A DNA stretch of 34,762 nt from Octopus bimaculoides (lineage: Eukaryota), in the NCBI RefSeq assembly GCF_001194135.2, contig NC_068983.1, positions 118,248,125 to 118,282,886 of the forward strand, in the 5' to 3' direction. Below the pieces are notes generated by a model. That model was not told the origin of the DNA and did no database searches. It was given only the letters and a program-made list of their open reading frames with translations. The translations under genes and the position numbers were made by a program. Below are positions 22,150 through 32,804 of this stretch, piece after piece; position 1 is the stretch's first letter, and each line of letters opens with the position of its first letter.

Positions 22150-22430
22150 GAAAGCATTCTCAACTAGATGTAGCATGTCAGCACACTTGTGCAATGGAGC
22201 ACAAATGCACTGAAAGAAAAACCAGCATCAGAGGTAGTTACTGTAATGTAAAAGAGAGAAGCCTGCAATGATACAGACATGTGATACATATGAATAATAG
22301 TGAAATGCAAATGTATCAAATAATGCACATAGAATGAGGATACACAAGTTGAAAACATGATAAGTGGTGATGGCTGACTTCAGAATGCTAAACCTCATAA
22401 AAGAGATGACTACAGAGATTGTGTTGAAAC
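22150..22430 (+). pseudogene. RTE LINE ORF2 C-terminal fragment, decayed
   Basis: Degenerate ..LQ*YRHVIHMN.. (RLRWYGHV.RM-like) and KT..VVMADFRMLNLIKEMT, similar to 1880-2030 and 26890-27085. Confidence 0.55.
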
Positions 22431-23029
22431 TAATCTGTCCAACCTATGCTAGCTTGAAAATGAGGACATTAAAAAAATGCTGGTTTAATGATGACAGAAT
22501 CATACTCGTTCTTTTAGAATCTTCGTCCTTACGCAAACAAAGAATGCCTATATATATCAATGCATCTTGTAAATAACATCTTGAGATTGGCAGTCATACA
22601 TAAAAGAAACAACACATCTTTAATAATAGAACTAAGAAAAACAAAATATCACTAATTTTGAGACAAAAAGGAATGGTGGGTGGTAACATCATCAGTAGAA
22701 TAATGGTATTTAGTTACATCTCTTCACATTCTTGGTTCAAAACCCTCAGAGATCAATTTTGCTTTTCATTCCAACTAGGATCAATAACGTAAGTACCAAT
22801 ATTATACTGCAATTTGACTTCATCAACAATACACTTCTATTCATGTGTAGCTTTGTACCAATATTAAAATATAATTAGTATTTTGATTAAAATCTAATTT
22901 ACAAAAGACATTATAGTTAAGGTGGCTAGGAGTTCAAACCTAACACAAATAGTAAGAGGCAAGCATGATTAATTTAATGAGTTATTGTACAATTGTACAA
23001 TTTAATGTACAATTTAATGAGTTATTGTA

Positions 23030-23256
23030 CCGCCAGACTGGTTCCTGTGCAGGTGGCACATAAAAAGCACCATTTGATGCCAGTACTGTCTGACTGGCCC
23101 TCTCGGAGTGGTTGGCATTAGGAAGGGCATCCAGCTGTAAAAACTTACCAGATCAGATTGGAGACTGGTAGAGCCTTCTGGCTCGCCAACCCTCAGTCAA
23201 ACCATCCAACCCATGCCAGCATGGAAAGCGTCGTTAAACGATGATGATGATGATGA
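23030..23256 (+). mobile_element. RTE-type 3' end with (GAT)n tail, followed by (CA)n/(TA)n running into a gap
   Basis: gtggttggcattaggaagggcatccagctgta...gcatggaaagcgtcgttaaac(gat)n. Confidence 0.85.
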
Positions 23257-23305
23257 TATACATATATAAATACATACACACACACACACACACACACATA
23301 CATAC

Positions 23306-23368
<63 letters not shown>

Positions 23369-23610
23369 NNNNNNNNNNNNNNNNNNNNNNNNNNNNNNNN
23401 NNNNNNNNNNNNNNNNNNNNNNNNNNNNNNNNNNNNNNNNNNNNNNNNNNNNNNNNNNNNNNNNNNNNNNNNNNNNNNNNNNNNNNNNNNNNNNNNNNNN
23501 NNNNNNNNNNNNNNNNNNNNNNNNNNNNNNNNNNNNNNNNNNNNNNNNNNNNNNNNNNNNNNNNNNNNNNNNNNNNNNNNNNNNNNNNNNTATATAGATA
23601 GATAGATAGA

Positions 23611-23670
<60 letters not shown>

Positions 23671-23819
23671 ACTTAATCTCAATGGATGCAACGCAAGCGG
23701 AACCTAGAGGGGAATATTTAATAACCACACTCAAAATCAAATATAAACATATATTCTTCTACATTTATAAAAAATTCCAAATATATAAATATAAAACATG
23801 GACATATTCTTGATTACCT

Positions 23820-24435
23820 TATCACCAGAAAATGAGACCTTCCAGATGTTTGCACTGTACGAGTCATGCAAGGTGCAGAATGTAGGACTGACCATATGCT
23901 CGTTTGCAGTAAAGTGAAACTCTGCATCATGCATAGAATAAGATCTGGAGGAATAAAAGTCCCTAAATGTATTCATGTGTTGAAATTAAGGGACTCTAAG
24001 GTGCAGGTAAATCTTAGAAATGCTATTGAGAAGGAGAATTTGATGGAACTTGGGCTCAGTTTAAGACCACTATTTACAATATTGGAGTTGAGGTTCTTGG
24101 ACTCAGAAACAGAAAACATCAGGATTGATTTGATGAAAATGTTCTACAGATCAATAAACTTCTTGAAAATAGAAATAAGATGCACCAAAAATACCCCGGT
24201 GCTCCAGATGAGGATAAAAAGCCCTTACTGCAGTCTCTCAAAAGGATAAAATCATCACTCCAAAGAAGGATACAACAAATGAAAAGACCTGAAAACAGTC
24301 TATCACTTGATCAGGCAAGTGTTTGGTCCTTGGTATTCATTTGTGGTACCACTCAAGACTAAAGACAGCTGCTTTTTCTTCAAGGTTCATGAAGGGATCA
24401 TGAAATGTTGGACTGAGCACTTCACTGATCTCTTT
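23820..24435 (+). pseudogene. RTE-clade LINE ORF2 fragment (end of endonuclease plus linker)
   Basis: Translation DVCTVRVMQGAECRTDHMLVCSKVKL and LGLRNRKHQD*FDEN matches the RTE/BovB-type motifs ..RGA.CWTDH.LV and RKHQDWFDEN. Confidence 0.75.
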
Positions 24436-24436
24436 T

Positions 24437-25040
24437 ACATCATCATCCTCATCATCATTTAACGTCCGCTTTCCATGCTAGCATGGGTTGGACAATTTGA
24501 CTGAGGACTGGTGAAACCAGATGGCTACACCAGGCTCCAATCTGATTTGGCAGAGTTTCTACAGCTGGATGCCCTCCCTAACATCAACCACTCCGGGAGT
24601 GTAGTGGGTGCTTTTACGTGCCACTGGCACGAAGGCCAGTCAGGCAGTACTGGCAACGGCCATGCTCAAAATGGTGTATTTTACGTGCCACCTGCACAAG
24701 AGCCAGTCCAGCGGCACTGGCAATGATCTCGCTTGAATGTCTTACATGTGCCACTGGCACAAGTGCCAGGAGGGCGACACTGGACACAGGTGCCATCACG
24801 ATTTCGCTTTCGCTTGCCCCAACAGGTCTTCGCAAGCCAAGTTTCATATCCAATGAAGGAGATGACGTTGGTATGGATGCCAGTCGTCGAATTTAATTCG
24901 ATTTCGATTGCCTCAACAGGTCTTCGCAAGCGAAGTTTAGGGTCCAATGAAGGAAGGTACGTATAAGTGGGCTGCCTGAGGCCTTCAATTTAGGTCTCAC
25001 TTGGCTTGCTGGGTCTTCTCACGCATGCCGGGTCTTCTCA
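24437..25040 (-). mobile_element. RTE LINE 3' end with complete, internally repetitive 3' UTR
   Basis: Minus strand begins gagaagacccagcaagccaagtga (..EKTQQAK*), then two ccttcattgg...gcttgcgaagacctgttg units, three gccagt..tggc..tgccagtggcac-like units and a (GAT)n tail. Confidence 0.8.
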
Positions 25041-25247
25041 TATGTATATACATACATACACATATATACGTACACATATACACATACTATATATACACTG
25101 ACACAAAATTTGAGGGAGAGTATTGTAGTCGATATCTAACTAGTCCTTCATTTTACCAACCTTGTGATGATGAAAGGAAAAGTTAACTCAGAATGTACAG
25201 AGCAGTAACTCAATATTACATAGCAATCTGCATGAAATCCGAAAGAT

Positions 25248-25288
<41 letters not shown>

Positions 25289-25291
<3 letters not shown>

Positions 25292-26466
25292 TGGGGGGAA
25301 ATAAATATTCATACATGTCAAAATTCTTTATTCATTTAATTTCTAATGAACATAAATGGGATATACCAATACTATATTTGCATACACATGCATAAACTAA
25401 GAATATGCAAAAGAAACTAATAAATTATAGTAACTAATGAATTATATACAATTATAAATATTTAGGGGTGAAAAAAGTATTCGTACAGAATAAATTTATG
25501 AGTTCCTATGCCACAAAATACTGTTAAAATTATTTTTTTTTTTACTAGAACTTTCTCGCTTGTTCCAATAATCTTATCAGTGGTCATTTTTAAGTGTCAA
25601 AACGTTAGCTTCTTCATTCAGCACTGATACAACATAGAATAGTGTCGTAATAATGGCGAAAAGTAAAGAACTCACAAATTCAGTGAAAAACTTAATTATT
25701 GAACAGTGGAAAGCAGGTAAAAGTTACAGGAAAATATCAGGAACCCTTTGTATTCCATTTTCTACCATATCTCCATTTATTCAAAGATATAAAAAATCGG
25801 GAACTGTTGAAAACAGAATAAGATCCGGTGCACCACGCAAGATTTCCCTTAGATCTTTAAGAAAAATTAAATGAAGTATTGCAAAAAATGCAATGATCAC
25901 CAGAAAGGAGTTGCAAGAAGATTTGTTAGCTTCAGGGACTAGTGTTACTCTATGAACAATCAGCAATGAACTTCATAGGAATGAATTGAAGTCATGCTCT
26001 CCTAGAAAAACTCCACTTTTGACTAAAAGGCATAGAAATGCCAGTGTAAAATTTGTTTATGAACATAAAGATAAATCTGATACATTCTGGGAAAATGTTC
26101 TTCGGACAGATAAGTTGAAAATTGAATTGTTTGGACAAAATTCGCGTAGCCATGTTTGGAGGAAAGATGGTACCACCTATTTGCCGAAAAATACAATTCC
26201 TACTGTAAAGTTTGGAGGTGGCAACATCATTGTGTAGGGGTGTTTCTCTGCAAATGGCACTGGCAATTTACATGCGATAGATGGTACAATGAATGCAGAG
26301 ATGTACCAAAATATCTTGAACAATAATTTATGGGACTCTGTAGAAAAGCTCCAGCTTTGTGAAGGGTGGGTTTTACAACAGGATAACGACCCTAAGCGCA
26401 TGGAGAAGTCTACTAAAAATGGATTGTCAATCACAATATAAAATTATTAGAATGGCCAAGCCAGTC
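25289..26466 (+). mobile_element. Tc1-family transposon (IR/DR type), pseudogenised, truncated by a gap
   Basis: Starts TA|CAGTGGGGGGAAATAAATATTC in (TA)n; inner direct repeat ggggtgaaaaaagtattc at about 25465; ATG at 25653 MAKSKELT..HTH..GAPRK..TDKLKIELFG..KFGGGNIIV*GCF..QQDNDPK..(E)WPSQS; in-frame stops at 25872, 25953, 26235. Confidence 0.95.
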
Positions 26467-26889
26467 NNNNNNNNNNNNNNNNNNNNNNNNNNNNNNNNNN
26501 NNNNNNNNNNNNNNNNNNNNNNNNNNNNNNNNNNNNNNNNNNNNNNNNNNNNNNNNNNNNNNNNNNNNNNNNNNNNNNNNNNNNNNNNNNNNNNNNNNNN
26601 NNNNNNNNNNNNNNNNNNNNNNNNNNNNNNNNNNNNNNNNNNNNNCTGTAACTTAGTGGTCTGGTAAGTACAAGATTTAAAAATAAAGTACTGGGGTTGA
26701 TAGCAAGTGATAGTGAGAGGAATGGTAGTGGCTGAGAGCAGAGCATGGTAGGTACGTGAGGTCGTGGAGAGTGTGTAGATAGGCACAAGATGAAGAGTTG
26801 AGGGACTTGCAGTGGGTGGTGGGGTGTGGGGAAAGATAGGTTGTAGGGAAGTTTGATAGAGGACAGAATTATGTATTTGGTTGGGGGGG

Positions 26890-27085
26890 GGGGCTTTGCT
26901 AAAAACGACATGCCTGTATGTATGGATGGCCATGATTTTACGTAGCTTGATGCATGTCCTCAAGCACAGCATATTGCCAGCTGTTTTGGCCTCTTGTCAT
27001 CTCCTCAGTGAGGCTCAACATCTGAAGATCCTTTCTCACCACTTCGTCCCACAACTTCCCGGGTCTTCCCTCCACAATTAGAGAT
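26890..27085 (-). mobile_element. RTE LINE 3' end fragment
   Basis: Minus translation GRPGKLWDEVVRKDLQMLSLTEEMTRGQNSWQYAVLE, homologous to 1880-2050. Confidence 0.75.
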
Positions 27086-27089
27086 CAGC

Positions 27090-27320
27090 ATATGTGTGTG
27101 TATGTGACATTGTGATTGTCCCTCATCACCACTACCATTGTCTGACAACCAGTGTTGGTTTGTTTGTTCCTGCAACTTAGTGGTTTGGTAAATGACATCA
27201 ATAGAATAAGTACCAAGCTTTAAAAAAATAAGTAATGTAGTTACTTCTTTCGACTAAAACCCTTTCAAGGCAGTACCCCAAGATGACTGCAGCCAAATGA
27301 CTGACACAAGATAAATGATA
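27090..27320 (+). mobile_element. SINE family 1, 3' half
   Basis: tgacaaccagtgttggt...gtaac..tagaataagtacc...caaatgactgacacaagataa. Confidence 0.75.
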
Positions 27321-27661
27321 ATAATGTCATATTAAAAAATTCTATAATTTCCACTGTGAGGTAACACAGTTAAAAAAAAACTTATAAAGATAACCAATTT
27401 AGATTTATCTGTGTGTAGCGACCAGTGAATACATAAAGATAGAACAGCAAAGACATCTGGTATTCCAACACAATAAGTTAGGCGGACCCACTAAGCTCTG
27501 AGTTTCTTCAAACAGCTGTGTGGTAAGAAGTTAGCTTTCCAACTGGTTCTGAGTACTGTATCCTAGGCAAGGTATATTATTATACTATCTTAAGTAGTTA
27601 AATTAACAAAAGGAAAAAAATCTCAATTCTTAATCATGAAAAGTAACAATGTAAAATGTTA

Positions 27662-27895
27662 TTCTTTTACTTGTTTCAGTCATTTGGCTGCAGCTATGCT
27701 GGCACACCTTAAAGGGTGTTTTATTCGACAAAATTGATCCCAGGACTTATTCTTTGTAAGCCTAGTACTTATTCTATAGGTCTCTTTTTGCCAAACCACT
27801 AGGTTATGGAGACATAAACACACCAACATCAGTTGTCACGTGCTGGTGGGGGGGACAAACACAGATACACAAATACATACATACATATATATATA
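27662..27895 (-). mobile_element. SINE family 1, 3' half
   Basis: ttcttttacttgtttcagtcatttggctgcag...acttattctat...aacacaccaacatcagttgtca..gggggacaaacacagatacac. Confidence 0.8.
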
Positions 27896-27899
27896 TAAT

Positions 27900-28258
27900 T
27901 ATGTGTATTTCTTCTATCTTAATGAATAAAAATTCTTCTGATAGAATAAATGGGTTAATAGAAACCAATGTAGCAAAGAACACAAAATAACTGTGGTTAG
28001 CTCCTGTTTTTAAGGCAGGAACTCCTTGAAATTTTGGGTATTTGAGTATATTTAAGAATTTAAGGATTGGAGAAAACGCATGTTATAATTGCATACTTTA
28101 TTCCTACATATGTTTCAAAGGATTACAACCTGTGTGATCCATGGGGATCTTTGATATTAAAATTGTAACCTTCTCATCAGGGAAAGCATGGGAATCATCT
28201 TTAACGTAAGACATTATGACCGATGAGAAGGTTACAATTTTAATATCAAAGATCCCTA
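27900..28258 (-). mobile_element. Penelope-like/retrozyme-like non-coding element carrying a hammerhead, between (TA)n and a gap
   Basis: Minus strand: hammerhead, then AATAAA (28097-28102), then an AT-rich tail into (TA)n at about 27885-27900; 35-bp inverted duplicate 28144-28178 / 28222-28256. Confidence 0.55.
28092..28190 (-). ncRNA. Type I hammerhead-ribozyme motif with canonical core
   Basis: Stem I 5' CAUGCUUUCC (28190-28181); CUGAUGA (28180-28174); stem II GAAGGUUACAA / UUGUAAUCCUUU; GAAA (28116-28113); palindromic stem III ACAUAUGU; triplet GUA, cleavage between 28105 and 28104; stem I 3' GGAAUAAAGUAUG. Confidence 0.75.
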
Positions 28259-28794
28259 NNNNNNNNNNNNNNNNNNNNNNNNNNNNNNNNNNNNNNNNNN
28301 NNNNNNNNNNNNNNNNNNNNNNNNNNNNNNNNNNNNNNNNNNNNNNNNNNNNNNNNNNNNNNNNNNNNNNNNNNNNNNNNNNNNNNNNNNNNNNNNNNNN
28401 NATATATATATATATATAAACAAAACAAAAATGGAACAAGAACGTAACAGGCAACAACAAAACATCCGGACAGTTAGATGATACAAAAAAGGACAGGAAA
28501 AAACAAAGACGGGTCATTCAGAGCTTTCTATGAGTTCCAATGAGTTCCAGATCATCATTGCACTTTCGGCCGATTACACTCAAGACTGCTCCAATCTGGC
28601 CAGCCCCAAGAAAATCTATGCTAAGAGCAATAGATTCTTTAATAGAAAGCAAGTAAATGTATATGAAAACAAGGACAAAAAAAATGGAGAAATGGTACAC
28701 AATTACAAATACACACAACAGGACATTAACAACAGGTGTCTTTCGGCATATAGCAGCATATGTACACTTTTGATCTCCTATATATATATATATG

Positions 28795-29095
28795 ATAAGC
28801 TTCTTTCAGTTTCCACTTAACAAATCCACTTACAAGGCTTTGGTCGGCCCAAGGCTATAGTAGAAGACACTTAACCAAGGTGCCATGCAGTGGGACTGAA
28901 CCCGGAACCATGTGGTTGGGATGCAAGCTTCTTCTCACACAGCCAAACAACAGGCTTCTTTCAGTTTCTGTCTACCAAATCCACGCACAAGGCTTTGGTC
29001 AGCCTAGGGCTATGGTAGAAGACTTTTGCTCAAGGTGCCACACAGTGGGACTGAACCCAGAACCATGTGGTTGGGAAGCATGTTTCTTACTACTC
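28795..29095 (-). mobile_element. Two tandem SINE family 1 5' halves (about 28795-28945 and 28950-29095)
   Basis: Each reads gcttctttcagtttc..caaatcc..acaaggctttggtc..gctat.gtagaagac...caaggtgcc..gcagtgggactgaaccc.gaaccatgtggttggg. Confidence 0.85.
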
Positions 29096-29140
29096 ATACA
29101 AATTCAAATATTTCATACAGAAATATCTAAATTTTATGTA

Positions 29141-29232
29141 ACTCTTTAGCATTTAATCTGGCCATATCCAATATTCTACCTGCTTTATCTTAAAACTGAC
29201 CAGATCCAACCTCTCACACCTACCCTACAATG
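29141..29232 (-). mobile_element. TTAA MITE family A, partial
   Basis: taactctttagcatttaatctggccatatcc...cagatccaacctctcacacctaccctacaatgtc. Confidence 0.7.
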
Positions 29233-29254
29233 TCCTGACTGTGTAATAAGAACC

Positions 29255-29540
29255 TTGCTTCCTAACCAAATGGTTTTGGGTTCAGTCCCACTATGTGGCA
29301 CACAGGACAGGTGTCTTCTGTGATAGCCTCGGGCCAACCAAAGCCTTGTGAGTGGATTAGGTAGACAGAAACTGAAAGAAACCTGTTGTATGTGTGTGTG
29401 TGTGTCCCACTACTGCTTGACAACTGGTGGTGTGTTTACATCCCATAACTTAGCAGTTCAGCATAAGAGACTGATAGAATAAGTACCAGGTGATGCCCCA
29501 GCATGGGCACAGTCTAATGACTGAAGCAAAAGATAAAAGA
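29255..29540 (+). mobile_element. SINE family 1 with internal deletion
   Basis: gcttcctaaccaaatggttttgggttcagtcccact...gaaactgaaagaaacc(gt)n...gatagaataagtacc...gactgaagcaaaagataaaaga. Confidence 0.85.
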
Positions 29541-29760
29541 CGCCATTGAAATCTTGAAGCTACAATATAACGAAGGATTAGTTTCAAACAAAATGAATAA
29601 GCAAAACATTATTTGACAAAGAAATCTAAATGCTACAGGAATAAACCATATAATCAAGTATATGCTATGAAAAGGAATCAGCAAAACAATGAACTAACAA
29701 AGGAGCCTCTATGCAATGGGTTGATATGCTAATAAGAGCATCCACACCTCCCTCATGTAA

Positions 29761-30150
29761 GATCATCATCATCATCGTTTAACGTCCGTTTTCCATGCTA
29801 GCATGGGTTGGACGATTTGACTGAGGACTGGTGAAACCGGATGGCTACACCAGGCTCCAATCTGATTTGGCAGAGTTTCTACAGCTGGATGCCCATCCTG
29901 ACGCCAACCACTCTGAGAGTGTAGTGGGTACTTTTACATACCACCCGCACGAAGGCCAGTCAGGCGATACTGGCAACGGCCACGCTCAAATGGTGTATTT
30001 TATGTGCCACCCACACAAGAGCCAGTCCAAGGGCACTGGCAACGATCTCGCTCAAAAGTCCTTACACATGCCACGGGCACAAGTACCAAAAAGGCGACGC
30101 TGGGCACAGGTGCCATCCCAATTTCGCTTCCGCTTGCCCCAATAAGTCTT
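29761..30150 (-). mobile_element. RTE-type 3' end with (GAT)n tail
   Basis: Collinear with 24437-24830 (atcatcgtttaacgtccgttttccatgctagcatgggttgg...cgcttgcccc). Confidence 0.85.
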
Positions 30151-30373
30151 CAGCCTAATCAAATGTATTCTAAAGAAAACACGGTGGATGAAACAGGGCT
30201 ACACAACAGCAACAACAATCAGTTTAAAAGAAATCGAAGTAATCAAATAAACTTGAAATATCACTACTCTAACTTTTTTTAATACCACCCACTAAGATAG
30301 ATCTTATAACAGGAAACATATACTGAATTTTCAACTAGCTGACACCAGCATATTATACTAATATATAAATTAA

Positions 30374-30593
30374 CTCTTTTGCATTCAGATTACTCTGTTA
30401 ACTGTAATGCGTATTTATTCATTTAGTTTTGAATTAATCATACATTATCTTGTAGCTGTAAGTTTTCAATGATGCAACTGTTTATTTTTAGAATTACATT
30501 GTAGGATTGGTGCAAGTGGCTGGATCTGGTCAGTCTGAACATAAAATAGGTAGAATATTTGGGCTGGATATGGCTAGTTTAAATGCTTAAGAG
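30374..30593 (+). mobile_element. TTAA MITE family A
   Basis: ttaa|ctcttttgcattcagattactctg...aaatgcttaagag|ttaa. Confidence 0.85.
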
Positions 30594-30934
30594 TTAAAGA
30601 GATTTTATTATCCGACTCTTAAATCAGCAGTATTTTGAAAATTAATTGAAACACTTAAGCAGTCTTTTATCATTAAAAATATATGAAATTATTCCATCTT
30701 TCCATCAAAGAAGGAATCCTTGGACTATGATATTAGAATAATGATAGTGACTATAGTTTCTGCATATTTTCCACAGCTAGAGCTAGCAAGCAAGTATGAA
30801 AATGCTGTTTTATAAAACATTACTGAGGAAAATCTTTAAGGTAGATAACAGTGACACAGCTATCAATGTGTGTGTGTGTGTGTGTGTGTATGTACTTATA
30901 TATCTATATACATATATATGTGTGTGTATAGATA

Positions 30935-32110
30935 TGTGGGTGGACTGAAAGGTTCATAGGTTGGCAATGAAGGAGTGATGCCAGAGCCATTAAATCTTGC
31001 AAGCATTAATTTCAACTCATCTCTTTAATAACTGCATTGTCCCCCACTCCCCAGTAAACTCACTGTTTAAAGAATACTTCAAAGTAACTAGTTGTGACTT
31101 CTCTTAAAACTGGACAAGAGTTGGTAACATGGGATTATCAAGTACCTGCAGAAAAACAGTTTTGCCCCCAAGGACATTCATGCTGATGCACTTACTACAA
31201 TAGGGGACGATGCTCCAACTTTATCAACAGTACAAAAATGGGTAGCTGAATTTAAAAGGGGAACGGAGAGTCTTCAAGATGACCCAACATCTGGATGTCC
31301 TGAAACTGCCACTACCAAGGAAAACATCATGTTCACCACATGCTGAGTGATGACAGGCAAGTGACTATAAATTAAACAGTCAATGTTATCAGCATATCCC
31401 ATGGGTGAGTTGAGAATATTCTGCACAATGAACTTGGCAAGACAAAGGTTTCTTCTCGGTGGATGTCACGTCTTCTGATACCTGATCAAAAGTGCACCAG
31501 GCCAATCACATCACAGGAAAATCATTGTTTCAGGCAAATCCAGCTGGTTTTCTTGAACGTTTTCTAACCCAAGATAAGTGTTGGCTTCATCACTTTGAGC
31601 CAGAGACAGAGATAATCCATACAGTGGAAACATTCCTCCTCACCTGCTCCAAAGAAAGCCAAGGTTGTTTATTGACTATCCTCAAAAGGCCACACTATCA
31701 ATGGATAATAGTATTTCAACTTGCTGAGGCAGTTACAAAAGGCTACCAAGATCAAACCCCTTGGAAAACTGTTTCATCAGGAGAATGCTTCAGCACACAA
31801 ATCCTTGATTTCAATGGCTGCTGTGCATGACTGTGGCTTTGAACTGGCTGATCACCCTCCTGATTTCTCCTAATTTGGTACCACCTGACTATCATCTGTT
31901 CTCCAACATGAAAAAACATTTGACCGGGAACTTGTGTCGCAGTAATGATGATGTCATATCAGCTTTCAATGACTTTTTTGACCAACAGGATGAAAGCTTC
32001 TTCATGAATGGGATCCAAGCACTGCAACACCAATGGAAGAAGCATGTGGTCAGCAAAGGGAATTATGTTGTATCTTGGTCATGCCTATGAACTTTTCAGC
32101 GAACCTTTGA
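30935..32110 (+). mobile_element. Near full-length mariner transposon (second subfamily, irritans-like), decayed
   Basis: TIR remnants ctgaaaggttcatagg / cctatgaacttttcag; motifs VQKWVAEFKRG, R(W)MSRLL, TQDKCWLHHFEPE, SPNLVPPDYHLFSNMKKHL; many stops and frameshifts. Confidence 0.9.
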
Positions 32111-32804
32111 GTGTACACACACACACACACACACACACACCATAAACTCTTTCATTCCATGGTTAACTACTCATATTATACCTTGCTGTCTCAAAAACAG
32201 AAGGGCACATTGAATATCAGAAGAAAATTCTAGATTTCTGAAAAAAGATGAAGTCGTCCCAAATGGATTACCTTTCCTCATTTATCTGTTCAATGAGGAT
32301 TAACCTGAGGTTTAACAAATAGCTATTTGTATACTAACTCTACCTAGACTTTTCCAGCCCTGTCTCTCCTCACTTTCTCTAGTCTTTTACTCCACCACCC
32401 ACCCACCCACACATACATACACAAGGTGCTGAAGTGACCACTCTTCTAAATTTTCCCCCTTCCAGAATTCCTACCCACCCACATTTCACTGCAGTCATTG
32501 ACTTACACATTTTCAAACTAAACATCAAATAGGGTTTATAAAAATTATAAGTAAAGACTGAACTCCTCACCAAACTATTACAAAAAATTTCTATGTCCAT
32601 GTAGTAGATAGGGGCCTCTTATAACTAAATTGATCTCTTTCATTTAGCTGTTCTGGATTTCATTCACTCAGCCACTGAGACACCTTAATAAAGATACTGA
32701 ATATATTGTAAGCCCACTGGACATTACCTAGAAACCTATCTACTAAAATGGTGCCAGTGTCTGTAGAAGTAAAATCAGTAAACAGTAAGAAAGTATATAT
32801 TTAA

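Noticed and set aside
24500-24530. CTGAGGA...GAAA hammerhead-like words in RTE tails (also 29820-29845)
   Set aside because: Only 5 nt separate the motifs, so no stem II can form, and they are on the antisense strand of the element.
24780-24990. HDV-like ribozyme in the RTE 3' UTR modules (ccttccttcattgg...gcgaa)
   Set aside because: I could not build P1/P1.1: there is no GG after a candidate P1 strand and the conserved L3 G is missing.
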